The notes under the pieces: generated by a model
Database searches by the model: none
What the model was told of the DNA's origin: nothing
The model's input: the letters and a program-made list of their open reading frames with translations, nothing else
Made by a program: the position numbers and the translations under genes
DNA from: Thermoplasmatota archaeon
Lineage (GTDB): Archaea; Thermoplasmatota; Thermoplasmata; UBA10834
Assembly (NCBI GenBank): GCA_963818745.1
Contig: CAWFTI010000003.1
Coordinates: 565,876-629,875 of the forward strand
Length of the DNA stretch: 64,000 bases
Direction of reading: 5' to 3'
Part shown: piece by piece, positions 1 through 9,739 of the stretch
Numbering within the stretch: the stretch's first letter is position 1
Layout: each line of letters opens with the position of its first letter

Positions 1-2105
1 CGACCGTGGTCGCCACCGGGGACAAGCCCGTCAAGAAGGCCGTCGAGAAGCTCATAGGCATGGACCACAAGTCGTTCTTCACGTCCGTGTTCGCGCGTCA
101 GAAGGAGCTGAACGCGCTCCAGAACGTCGCCGCCGGGGAGAGGAAGAAGGTCGTGCTCAGGATGCTCAGGATAGACGGCGTGGACGCCGTCGTGCAGCTG
201 ATACGGACCGACGCCAGGGACATCAAGGAGCGCATAAAGGGCGCCGAGAGCACGCTCGTGGACGAGGACGGGAGGGACAGGCAGAGCGTGCTGTCGGATA
301 GGCTCCCGAAGCTGCAGGGACAGCGCGAGGAGGCCGAGGGCCTGCTCAAGGAGGCCGAGGCGAAGGAGGCGGTCGCGCTCAAGGCGGTCGACGAGGCGAG
401 GAGCAGGCGCGACCTGCTCAAGAAGGATGTGGACGCGTACAACTCGTCCTCCAGGGACCTCACCGCGAAGCGCTCGGCGATCTCCGAGCTGAGGAAGCGC
501 GAGGAGCGGCTCGCGGCCAGGGTCGCGGACGCGAAGAAGAAGCTGGAGAGGCTGCCCGAGCTGGAGTCCGCCGAGAAGGCGTGGTCGGAGAACGTGCGTT
601 CGAAGGACGCGCTCGAGGCGGAGAGGAGCAAGGGCGAGAAGGCGAAGCACCTCGCGGAGGACATCGCGGTCATCTCGAAGGACGAGACCAGGGCCGTCGA
701 GGAGATCTCGAAGCTCAGGGCGGCCCTGACAAAGCCCTCGGACATCGTCGGCCAGATAGACGAGCTGGAGAAGGCGAGGTCGGAGTCCGAGGCGGCGAAG
801 GCGGAGATCTCCGGCAGGATCGGGGAGCTGAAGGCGAAGCGGAAGGAGCGCGGGGAGTCGGCAGCCAAGGACGCGAAGAAGCTCTCGGAGATAGAGAAAG
901 TGGGCAAGGAGGGCGTGTGCCCGACATGCGAGAGGACGCTCGAGGATGCCTACGAGCTGCTCATCGACAAGCTGAGGGAGAGCTCGGAATCAGCGTCGAA
1001 ATCCGCCGAGGAGGCCGCGAAGGCCATACTGGCGCTCGAGGGCGAGCTCCAGGGCCTCGCCAGGAAGGACGAGGCGTTCAGGAAGAAGCGGACGAGGCTC
1101 GACCAGGAGCTGACCATGCTGAGGCAGGCCGAGGCGTCCGTCGAGGGCGCGGAGAAGGAGCTCGCGCGCGTCAGGGCGAGGCTGCTGCAGAAGAGGACCG
1201 ACCTGTCCGGCCTGGGCGAGGTCAGGTTCTCGGAGCAGGAGTACGCGAGGGTCAGGGCGGAGCACGAGAGGCTCAAGCCGCTCCACGACGAGTTCGTCAG
1301 GGTCAGGGGAGTGCAGGAGGAGCTGGGACGGTCGGAACACGAGCTCGGGGACGTCAGGGACACGATCCAGAAGAACTCCATGGAGGAGGGGGCCATCAGG
1401 AGCCTCGTGGACGTCCTTGAACCAAAGAAGGCGCAGTACGAACTGATTATCAAGGAACTTGACGATAAAATGGCAGTGCTGAACTCTGCCAAGGACCACA
1501 CGAGGAAGCTGCTGAGCGCGAGGGAGGCGGCGAAGGCCGAGCACGACCGCGTGACCAAGGAACTGGAGAACATCGCGCGCGTGAAGAAGAACATCGAGTC
1601 GGAGCAGAAGAGGGCGGAGGCGCTCGCCATGCTCGACTCCGTAATGGTCTCCTTCAGGGACCACCTGATAGGGAAGGTGGCCCCGGCGCTCTCCGAGCTC
1701 ACGTCGAAGATCATAGGCTCGATGACGGACGGGAAGTACTCCAGGATAGAGCTGGAGGACGACTACGAGATACAGATCGACGACCAGGGGGAGCTGCACC
1801 CGATCGCCCGGTTCTCGGGCGGGGAGGCGGACCTCGCGAACCTCGGGCTCAGGCTGGCGATATCCAGGATCATCGCCGAGCGCACTGGCGCGAACCCGAT
1901 CAACTTCCTCATACTGGACGAGATATTCGGGTCGCTGGACCCCAACAGGAAGCGCAGCGTCATGACCGCCCTGACGAACCTGTCAAGCCAGTTCAGGCAG
2001 ATGTTCCTGATCACGCACATCGAGGACATCAAGGACCTCATGAACTACGTGATAAGGGTCGAGGAGGCGGAGGACGGCACCAGCAAGGCGACGCTCGTCA
2101 CCTGA
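1..2105 (+). CDS. rad50: DNA double-strand-break repair ATPase Rad50, C-terminal ~700 aa; the 5' end lies upstream of the window
   Basis: Long K/E/R-rich coiled-coil ORF with a CPTCERTL zinc-hook (CxxC) in the middle. The C-terminal ABC ATPase lobe has the signature FSGGE, Walker B LILDEIF and an H-loop ITHIED. The ORF reaches the window edge with no start codon. Confidence 0.85.
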   Translation, partial: TVVATGDKPVKKAVEKLIGMDHKSFFTSVFARQKELNALQNVAAGERKKVVLRMLRIDGVDAVVQLIRTDARDIKERIKGAESTLVDEDGRDRQSVLSDRLPKLQGQREEAEGLLKEAEAKEAVALKAVDEARSRRDLLKKDVDAYNSSSRDLTAKRSAISELRKREERLAARVADAKKKLERLPELESAEKAWSENVRSKDALEAERSKGEKAKHLAEDIAVISKDETRAVEEISKLRAALTKPSDIVGQIDELEKARSESEAAKAEISGRIGELKAKRKERGESAAKDAKKLSEIEKVGKEGVCPTCERTLEDAYELLIDKLRESSESASKSAEEAAKAILALEGELQGLARKDEAFRKKRTRLDQELTMLRQAEASVEGAEKELARVRARLLQKRTDLSGLGEVRFSEQEYARVRAEHERLKPLHDEFVRVRGVQEELGRSEHELGDVRDTIQKNSMEEGAIRSLVDVLEPKKAQYELIIKELDDKMAVLNSAKDHTRKLLSAREAAKAEHDRVTKELENIARVKKNIESEQKRAEALAMLDSVMVSFRDHLIGKVAPALSELTSKIIGSMTDGKYSRIELEDDYEIQIDDQGELHPIARFSGGEADLANLGLRLAISRIIAERTGANPINFLILDEIFGSLDPNRKRSVMTALTNLSSQFRQMFLITHIEDIKDLMNYVIRVEEAEDGTSKATLVT

Positions 2106-2107
2106 GC

Positions 2108-3001
2108 TCATGTGAACCCGCCGAGGGTCATCTGGTCCTGTATGTCGATGTCCTTCTCCTCGTGTGGTATCCCCAGGATGTCCATCATCTGGAAGGCGTT
2201 CTTGACGGCCTTGGCGCGGCCGTGGTTGTTGAAGTATATCCAGGCGGTCTCGCAGTTCGATATCATCTCGGACAGCCGGGGCTCCCACGCTGCCAGCTGG
2301 TCGTGGGAGTAGAGGTAGTCGTACCTGTTGATCCTGTAGTCGTCCTCGCGCTCCTCCTTGAACCAGATGTCGTAGTTCCTCCCGTGGAACCGGACATACG
2401 CGTGCTTGGCCGTGAGCGAGCGGGTCATCGGGAACCCGGGGCCGTCTATGATGACGTTCGCGACCTTGAACTCCTGGAGCATCTCGATGACGTCGGAGGC
2501 GATCTCGTTCCCCTTCTCGTTCAGCCACGACCTGTGCCTGAACTCGACCGCGTACTTGTACATGTCGGTGTCGAGCATCTGGAACAGCGTCCGCAGCTTG
2601 CCGAGGCTGCCCTTGTCCTCGAACCTGAAGTGCGGCGAGAGCTGCACCAGCACGCCCCCCAGCAGGTTCGCCTCGGCCAGGGGCCTGATGCATATGTCCT
2701 CGAAGCTGGACGCCTGCGCGGCGGCCTTCTCGGGCGCGTCCTTCAGGATGGATTCGTGGGTGACGATCTGCGGGAGCTTCACGGAGAACTGGAACCCCAG
2801 CCTCTGCCGCCCCTTCTCGATCCACGACTTGACCATGAACTCGTTCGGCACGCGATAGAAGGTCGAGTTGATCTCGACCGTGGGGAAGAACCTGGAGTAG
2901 TAGTGGAACCACTCGCCCTTCTTCGCGGCGAGCTCCGTCGGATAGAACCGGTCCACCCAATCGTCGTACGACCAGCCAGAGCAGCCGATCAGCGCGGCCA
3001 T
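2108..3001 (-). CDS. DUF72 family protein (YecE-like)
   Basis: N-terminus MAALIGCSGWSYDDW matches the DUF72 start (IGTSGWxY). Its stop is convergent with rad50. The ATG at ~3001 is preferred over the upstream in-frame extension. Confidence 0.75.
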   Translation of the reverse strand: MAALIGCSGWSYDDWVDRFYPTELAAKKGEWFHYYSRFFPTVEINSTFYRVPNEFMVKSWIEKGRQRLGFQFSVKLPQIVTHESILKDAPEKAAAQASSFEDICIRPLAEANLLGGVLVQLSPHFRFEDKGSLGKLRTLFQMLDTDMYKYAVEFRHRSWLNEKGNEIASDVIEMLQEFKVANVIIDGPGFPMTRSLTAKHAYVRFHGRNYDIWFKEEREDDYRINRYDYLYSHDQLAAWEPRLSEMISNCETAWIYFNNHGRAKAVKNAFQMMDILGIPHEEKDIDIQDQMTLGGFT

Positions 3002-3023
3002 CGTATTTTCAGATGCCGTATGG

Positions 3024-3033
3024 CTATAAAAAT
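3024..3033 (-). promoter_or_regulatory. TATA-like box (reads atttttatag on the minus strand) ~25 bp upstream of the DUF72 ATG; suggests a leaderless transcript
   Basis: AT-rich octamer in an otherwise GC-rich stretch, at archaeal TATA distance from the start codon. Confidence 0.3.
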
Positions 3034-3332
3034 GATTGTGCTGGGTGTCAGCATGTGGCACACCGGGATACTGGCAGGGTACGGCCGTCGCACTGGCCAA
3101 CGGGGGAAAGGACTATATCGGGGCAGCCGCCTAGTATGACTGCCTGGAATACTATGCTGCTGATCTACGTGATGCAGTGTTCCGACACCAGGCTACAGTG
3201 CGCCCCTATGGGTCCCTCTATGAACATTCGGTGAGACACCGGAGCGTGTGTAGGGGACAACGCGGCGCACAACACCAACCCCCAGGAGGGTCAGGGCGGC
3301 GAGAGTGCGTCCGCATGCTGTGAACCGCGCTG

Positions 3333-4091
3333 TTACGCCTGGGGGACAATCCCCTGCTGTCTCGTCTTCTTCCTGCCGGCCCTCGCCAGCCTGGACAGCC
3401 ACTTCTCAGCGTCGTCGTACATCGAGAACTCCTTCTCCCGCTCCCTGAACCCCTTCGTGTGGTGCAGCCTCCTGGTCGGGGTGCCCATGGGCTCCATCAC
3501 TCCGTGGAGGAGCTCGTGGTAGACCACGAACTCGAGCACGTACCTCGGAACCCTCTCCGAGTCGAGGCTCCTGTTCGCCGCGAGGATGTTCAGTGGCTCG
3601 AAGTAGAACCCCAGCCTGGTCGCTGGGGATTCCCTCGCCCATGCGAGGTCCGGAAGAGCGATCCGGCCCTTGAAGTAATAGGAGTTCACGTAGTCGAAGA
3701 CCGTCCGGAGGTCCCGGGCCTCTCCCCTCGGCCTGAAGCTGAGGTGCCGCGCCCTGCTGATGTAGACGTCCCTCTTGGGCGCCCAGAGGTCCTTCGAGCG
3801 CGCGTGCATCAGGTACTTCTCCGCCTTGCCGGTCGGGCATTCTTTCCGCTTCGCCCTGCAGAGCAGGTACCACGCGAGCGCCTCGACCACATCCTCCGGC
3901 GAGCGGTCCAAATAATCGCTGACCTTGAACGAGAGCACTCCCTTCTGCGACCTCCAGGTGTGCTTCAGCTCGGTGTACGGATAGAAGGAGGCTGATATCC
4001 TCCCGCCCGCGAGCTGCTTGTTCACGCCCTTGAATACCCCATCCAAGTCCACGGGCGAAGTATGGCCGAATCTCTTTATATGGTTGACCAA
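3333..4091 (-). CDS. HExxH metal-dependent hydrolase, DUF45/YgjP-like (M48-like)
   Basis: The motif VVYHELLHGV...H...F...E...E..WL matches the YgjP/DUF45 pattern HExxH..H..FW...WL. Apparent TTG start. Confidence 0.5.
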   Translation of the reverse strand: MVNHIKRFGHTSPVDLDGVFKGVNKQLAGGRISASFYPYTELKHTWRSQKGVLSFKVSDYLDRSPEDVVEALAWYLLCRAKRKECPTGKAEKYLMHARSKDLWAPKRDVYISRARHLSFRPRGEARDLRTVFDYVNSYYFKGRIALPDLAWARESPATRLGFYFEPLNILAANRSLDSERVPRYVLEFVVYHELLHGVMEPMGTPTRRLHHTKGFREREKEFSMYDDAEKWLSRLARAGRKKTRQQGIVPQA

Positions 4092-4139
4092 TCTTCATGC
4101 CGCAGTTGTGGCATGGCCCCAGCGGCAGGATGGTGCAGG

Positions 4140-5220
4140 ATGTCGGCATGTAGGACGGTCGCATTCGCGGTCGCCATCTCATTCCTCGTCCCAGGATTCG
4201 TCCCTTGCTCGTCATCGGGGTCGGCGGAGGATGATTTTGTCGCCCTCGTCGAGTCCGTCTCCGCGGCCGACATGATGACCACCGTGGAGGACCTGCAGGC
4301 GTTCGGGTCGAGGGAGTTCCATCTGGAATCCTCTCGCGAAGCCGCCGAGTACATCTACGGAAGGCTCGTCGAGACGGGCCTCGCGGTGGAGTACCAGGAA
4401 TTCGAGCTCGACGGGATCAACATCTCCAACGTAGTCGCCATCAAGGAAGGGGGCGACCCCGGCGCGGGATGCTTCCTCTTCGGGGCTCACTACGACTCCG
4501 AGAACCGGCTGGTCGACAGCCTGTCGGCAGCGGAGAACATCACGGCCCCGGGAGCGGACGACGACGCCTCCGGCGTGGCCGCCGTCATCGAGCTCGCACG
4601 CCTGCTGTCCGATGTTGCCCTGAGGAACACCGTGAAGTTCGTGGCGTTCGCCGCCGAGGAGTACGGATACGACAACTCCGGCGGTCTCAAAGGGAGCCAT
4701 CACTTCGTCGCGAGCGAGGTGGAAGGGAAACGTGAGCTACGAGGGGACGGCCATACTGGACATGATCGGCTACAGGTCCGGGCTGGAGAACCGCGCGGTC
4801 ATCGTCACCGAGCAAGTCGGGGGACCGGATGGCGGAGGCGACCGTCGAGGCGGTCAGGGAGGTACGCGATCGACCTGGACATCGAGAACATCGTCGAGCC
4901 GAGGATCAGCTACAGCGACCACTCCTCGTTCTGGGGGGCGGGCTACCCGAGCATGCTCGTGATCGAGGAGCTCTCCGAGGAGTCGAACCTCCCCCTGAAC
5001 CCGTATTACCACACATCGATCCGATGTGGCCAGCAGTCTGTCCGAGGGGCAGATGGCCGCGGTCACCCAGGCACTCCTGGGAGGGGTGCTGCAGCTGGCG
5101 GCGGGGGAGGATGGATTAGGCATATCGTCATACGTCGCAATCGCTTTAGCATCGTCTGCTTGTGCGGCCGCAGTCGCCGCGTTCGTGATCCTTCGGAGGG
5201 TCAGGACGGAGAGAAGATGA
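4140..5220 (+). CDS. M28-family zinc metallopeptidase (aminopeptidase-like), secreted with a C-terminal TM/basic anchor; interrupted by three frameshifts
   Basis: Signal peptide MSACRTVAFAVAISFLVPG. M28 motifs GAHYDS and GADDDASGVAAVIELARLL, then ILDMIGY in frame +1 (4732-4962), SDHSSFWGAGYP back in frame 0, and the tail SLSEGQMAAVTQALLGG...YVAIALASSACAAAVAAFVILRRVRTERR in frame +1 (5026-5220). The first shift sits at the A-run gggaaac (~4722). Confidence 0.75.
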
Positions 5221-5672
5221 CGGAAGAGACCAGAGGACAAGTGAAGAGGGAATACCCGGAGGCGCCCCTCGTGGGCGTCGGGACGGTCACGGTCAACAAC
5301 GGGAAGATACTGCTCATCAAGCGCGCCTTCGACCCCGGCGCCGGCAAGTGGAGCATACCCGGAGGGCTAGTCGAGGTCGGGGAGAAGCTCTCCGAGGCCG
5401 GCAAGAGGGAGACTGAGGAGGAGACTGGCATCAAGGTCGAGATACTCGAGCTGATCAACGTGTTCGACATGATCGACCTGGACGACTCCAAGAAGGTCAA
5501 GTACCACTACGTCCTGGTAGATTTCCTGGCCAAGCCCGTCGGAGGGAAGGAACGGCTCAGCAGCGAGGTCACGGAGATCAAGTGGGCCGGGTGGGAAGAG
5601 GCGAAGACGATGGACCTCACGCGCACGGCGAGGAAGGCGCTCGAGGAGCTGTTCGGCGGGGTCATGACCTAG
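5217..5672 (+). CDS. NUDIX hydrolase
   Basis: NUDIX box GGLVEVGEKLSEAGKRETEEETGI. The ATG overlaps the M28 stop (ATGA), indicating translational coupling. Confidence 0.85.
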   Translation: MTEETRGQVKREYPEAPLVGVGTVTVNNGKILLIKRAFDPGAGKWSIPGGLVEVGEKLSEAGKRETEEETGIKVEILELINVFDMIDLDDSKKVKYHYVLVDFLAKPVGGKERLSSEVTEIKWAGWEEAKTMDLTRTARKALEELFGGVMT

Positions 5673-5685
5673 GCGCGCCGCATCC

Positions 5686-7963
5686 CTACGCCTTCGGGAA
5701 GCCCATGTGGGCCTGTCCCGGGGGACCCTTCTCGACCCTCGAGGTCCTCAGGACCATGACGGGCACATCGACCGACCTGATTATCCTGTCGTAGACCGAG
5801 CCGAAGAGCGTCCTCTCGATCGCGGTCTGCGGCCCCGCGCCCATGACAAGCAGGTCGCTCTTGGCCGCGTGTTCCATGACGGTGCTGACCAGGGACTTCG
5901 ACCTTATCTGCTTCACCTCGTAGGGCACCTTCACGCGCTCGCACATCTTGGCCAACCGCTCCGCGTTGCCCCTGACGAGCTCCAGCTGCTTCTCGTCTGT
6001 GATCACTGCGAGGATGTCTATCTTCGCGCCGTACTCCCTCGCGAGCGGGCAGCGCCAGCAGGAGCGCCTTCCTGGTCTCGAAGTAGCCTCCGGAGACCAC
6101 CAGGATGCTCTCGATGCTCTTGGTGAGCCTCGTGGTCTTTATGATGGCCAGGTCGCAGGGCGCCCTCCGGACCACCTCGTCCAGGTTCCTCCCGAGGACC
6201 GTCCCGCCCCTCCTCCTGGTGCCCTTCCAGCCGACCACCAGGAGGTTCGCGGCCTCGTGCCGGGTCTGGTCGAGTATCGCACCCGCGACATCGTACGAAA
6301 CGGACACCACGGGCCGGACCTTGACGGTCGACGGGGCGACCTTGACCACCTTCCGGAGCCCGGATGAGATCTCGTCGACGTAGTCCTTGCTGATGGCCTC
6401 CAAGGGCATCGCCCTCGGGACCTCGACGATCTTGTTGACCGTGAGCTCGCCGTTGAAGTACCTCGCGAATATGCCGGCGGCCTCGACGAGCCTGAGGTCG
6501 CCCACGTTCTCGAGGGCCAGGAACACCCTGTACTTCGCGATCTGGTCCTTGGTGAGCGGCCTCTGTGGGACGCGCTTCCTGTCGACGATGGACGCGACCT
6601 CGAGCTCCTCGGGCTTCGCGAACACCGAGAGCGCCAGCCCGAGCCCTATCCATACCGCGGCGATGTACCAGGCCATGGGCATGAAGTACCAGAGGTACGC
6701 GGCCATGCCCAGCGTGGACACCAGCCCCACCACGGGGAAGAGCGGGAACAGCGGCGTCTTGAACACGAGGTCTATCTCGGTGAGCCTGCTCCTGAGTCTG
6801 ATAGAGGCCACGTTGGCGAGAGAGAACAGGAGAAGGAACATGATGGAGGTCGCGCCCACGATCACCTCGAGCGGGAACAGTATCGCCATGAACAGCATCA
6901 TGCCGCCCGTGATCAGGATCGCGTTGTGCGGTATGCGCCTGGTCGCGTGCACCTTGCCGAACGCCTTCGGGAGCGACCTGTCCCTCCCCATCGCGAAGCT
7001 CACCCTCGAGGATGAGAAGACCGTGGCGTTCAGCGCGGCCATCGCGGAGAGTATGCCGCCGAATATCAGGACCGGGGCGCCCAGGTACGGTATCCTGTTC
7101 AAGGCGACGAATATGACCGCGTTCTCGCCCTCCGCGCCTATCTGGTCCGGGGTGTAGTTGACCAGGCACGCGAACGCGACGGCGAGGTACAGGAGCGCCG
7201 CGACCAACACCGAGATGAATATCGCCCTCGGGATGTTCTTCTTGGGGTTCTTGACCTCCTCGCCGCACTGGACGATGATCTCGTACCCCTCGAACGCGAT
7301 GAATGTGAACCCCATCACCATGAAGACGTTGGCCAGGCCCTTGTCCTCGGGGAAGATCGGGTCGAAGTTCTGGAGCAGGTGCACGCCGTTCATGTCGAAC
7401 GCGAATATGACGACGAAAGACACGAAGAACGCGATTATGAGTATCTGTATGAGCGTGAGCATGTCGCCCGCCTTGCCCGTCGCGCCGACCCCCGCGTAGT
7501 TCACGCCCACGAAGAAGACGATGGCGAGCGTCGCGAAGAGCTTGATGAGGAGGGCGTGGGAGAGGCCGAATATGTCGATGTCGAAGTGCCCGACGAGGGC
7601 TACCATCGCGAACCCGAATCCCAGCGAGTAGTAGCTGCATGCCACCGTGTGGCCGAACCAGGACATCCAGCCCGACATGAACGCCGCGGGATGCCTGAGG
7701 GATTTCTTGGCCCACAGGTATCCCCCGCCCGCTTCGGGGAAGGTCGAGCCCAGCTCGGCGTAGGTGCCCGCGGTGAAGAGCGTCATGACCGCGTTGAGGG
7801 CGAACACGAGCATGACCGCTGACCCGACCTCGCTCGTGATGACCCCGATGAGGACGAAGATGCTCGTGCCTATCATGGCACCGACGCCGATCATCGTCAC
7901 ATCGAAAAGGCCCAGGTCGCGCCTCAGTGTGACCGTTACAGACTGGTCTTTCGGACCCGACAT
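5686..7963 (-). CDS. APC-family amino-acid permease fused to two C-terminal universal stress protein (UspA) domains; one frameshift at ~6010-6050
   Basis: About 12 TM helices with APC-type motifs (GVGAMIGTSIFVL, FEGYEII), then two USP folds: LVVGWKG...DLAIIKT and ILVVSGG.../LLVMGAGPQT...VPVMVL. The last USP continues in the 5686-6006 frame. Start MSGPKDQ at 7963. Confidence 0.8.
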
Positions 7964-8099
7964 CTGGGTCCAAGTGATGAGACGCTCAGCGTATAAGCCT
8001 TTCTCGAGGGCATTCGGAGGTGTTCGGGAGTACTGGCGCACCGACCAGGGGATGGCTTTGTTAGTAGCGGTCCGAGGGCGGTTTTCTCGTCTCTGATAT

Positions 8100-9400
8100 A
8101 TATGCATTTGGTTCTGTTGCGAAATTAGGAAGCGGCTCTTCACGCCGGAGCCTCCTCGCAACTCGCTCCATTCGGCTCCGACCGTGCGCCCTTCTCAGGG
8201 TCGTAGAGGATCATCATCACGTCATGCTGGAGCGCGCCGGGGTCGAACCGTAAACCCCCCACCATCTCTTTCGAGACGGCTGTCTGCAGCAGGTTGAGGC
8301 TGGCGTTGATGTGCCTGTCGAGACGCCAGCCGCACTCGCATACTGAACTCGGTGCCCTTTCGGGAATCCTGTAATCTCCCACACACCGGGCACTTCCTGC
8401 TGCTGTTCCTCGGGTCCACCTTGTGGACCGGTATTCCTCTCCACCTGGCCTTGTACTCGATGAACTGGTGGAGCTTCCTCCTCGGCCACATGCTCAACCG
8501 TCTGTTGAGGGCCTTGTCCTCCCTCGGCTTGAAGACCCCCTTCGAGGTCCTCGAGCACTATCGCCGCCGTGTTCTCCTCGGCGAAGTCGAGCACGGCGTT
8601 GGCCACCTGATGCATCCGGTACTCGACCCGGTCATGCTCCCTCTTACCCTCCCTCCTGCACAGACGCCTCGAAGTTCGCCGGTCGCGGGACTTCTTCTTC
8701 TGGAGGCGCTTCCGTCGGTCGTGGTGTTTCAGCTGTATCGCGGCCACTCGCGGGAAGGGTGCCTTCACGGGGGTACCTTTCCCTTCACTGACGAACACCC
8801 CGTCGAGGCTCCTCTCGTTCGTGTCGAGAGATACGACCGATTCCGGGACATACGGTCGTGGCTCCGTCTTCCGGAAGGCGATCACGACCCTGTCCGGGAA
8901 GAGCGCCAGGGAGCCGAGGGAGAGGGAGGGGTCGTCCAGGAATCCCTTGTGATACTCACTCAGGACCAGTTTGAGCTCGACGTGGCACCCGGCCCGGATA
9001 GGCAGGTCGATCACGCCTCTCTCGCGGTCGAGCTTGTACGCTTGATTCACCGTTTTCATGAACAACCTCTTGACATACGGTATCCGGTCCGTCTCCCCTT
9101 TCCTGACCTTCCTCCGATGGTTCTTGAGGACGCTTGCGGCGATCTCGAACACAGACACGAGGTGCTGAGCGTACATTCCGGGGTGCTCGGTCCTGAAGTC
9201 CTTGTATGCGAGCTTGTGTAGGGCGTACCTCGATGTCAAGCGCGTCTGCAGTCCCGCCCTTATGGCACGATTCACAGCAAGGCGGAAGTCCTCGAGAAGG
9301 AACCTGGCATGAGCGGGCAGCTCACCCTCGAGACGAAAAGACACCGCCTTGACGAGCATCGGGTGTTCCTAGGCGGTCGTGGTACTTCGGACTCATCCAC
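8100..9400 (-). mobile_element. IS200/IS605-family (IS1341-like) element carrying only tnpB; boundaries approximate, no tnpA and no terminal repeats recognised
   Basis: Contains the fragmented TnpB ORFs below. Flanked by a non-coding region (7964-8140) that would hold the right end and any omega-RNA. Confidence 0.5.
8140..9359 (-). CDS. tnpB: TnpB (IS605 OrfB, RuvC-like RNA-guided endonuclease family), split across three frames
   Basis: N-terminal 380 aa is OrfB-like. The zinc finger CPVCG lies in a second frame (8222-8497), and CECGWRLDRHINASLNLL (second Cys pair plus RuvC-III) in a third (8140-8382). Confidence 0.75.
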
Positions 9401-9705
9401 TGCATGTAGCATCTGCCCTTTCACGCTCTCCTCGGAAGGCCCCTGCGGCCTCGGGGACGTTCCGAGGGCATCCGTAGAGAGCGCAAAATGCCTCGAGAAA
9501 ACGACCTGCCGCGTTGTCCTGACCACGGAACGAGCATTCTCTGCAGACGGTCCTCTCGCATGATCAGCACCCTGATAGGAGGGTCGGAGAGGATGCGGTG
9601 AGACACAGGGCGGAAAACGGTGCACGAACCAGGCACCGATGGTCCGACATCGTTCAACTGGCTCGGATTGGGAGGTTTCAATCGCCGGAGTTCTGCAACA
9701 GAGCC

Positions 9706-9716
9706 GCATTTATATG
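9706..9716 (+). promoter_or_regulatory. TATA-like box gcatttatatg ~27 bp upstream of the DUF885 ATG (leaderless-type spacing)
   Basis: AT-rich box at canonical archaeal distance from the start codon. Confidence 0.35.
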
Positions 9717-9739
9717 CCGGCAAAGCATCCCAAGCAGAA

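Noticed and set aside
581-1799. ORFs 581-1420(+), 990-1799(-), 950-1714(-) overlapping rad50
   Set aside because: Arg/Gly/Pro- or Ser-rich low-complexity translations typical of out-of-frame or antisense reading of GC-rich coiled-coil coding DNA; rad50 explains the region.
1983-3139. Long ORFs 1983-2960(-) and 2162-3139(+) across the DUF72 locus
   Set aside because: Arg/His/Pro-rich junk in alternative frames; the DUF72 reading 2108-3001(-) has a clean family match.
3406-4215. 269-aa ORF antisense/out of frame to the HExxH hydrolase gene
   Set aside because: Arg/Gly-rich composition and no motifs; the overlapping minus-strand frame carries the HExxH signature.
6018-7973. 651-aa ORF in an alternative frame of the permease gene
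   Set aside because: Arg/His/Gly-rich nonsense; the APC permease frame has 12 TM helices and USP domains.
9272-9709. Small ORFs in the 380-bp region between tnpB and the DUF885 gene
   Set aside because: No motifs, atypical composition, and TATA-like promoter elements for the flanking genes fall inside them. Treated as non-coding and possibly IS left-end sequence.
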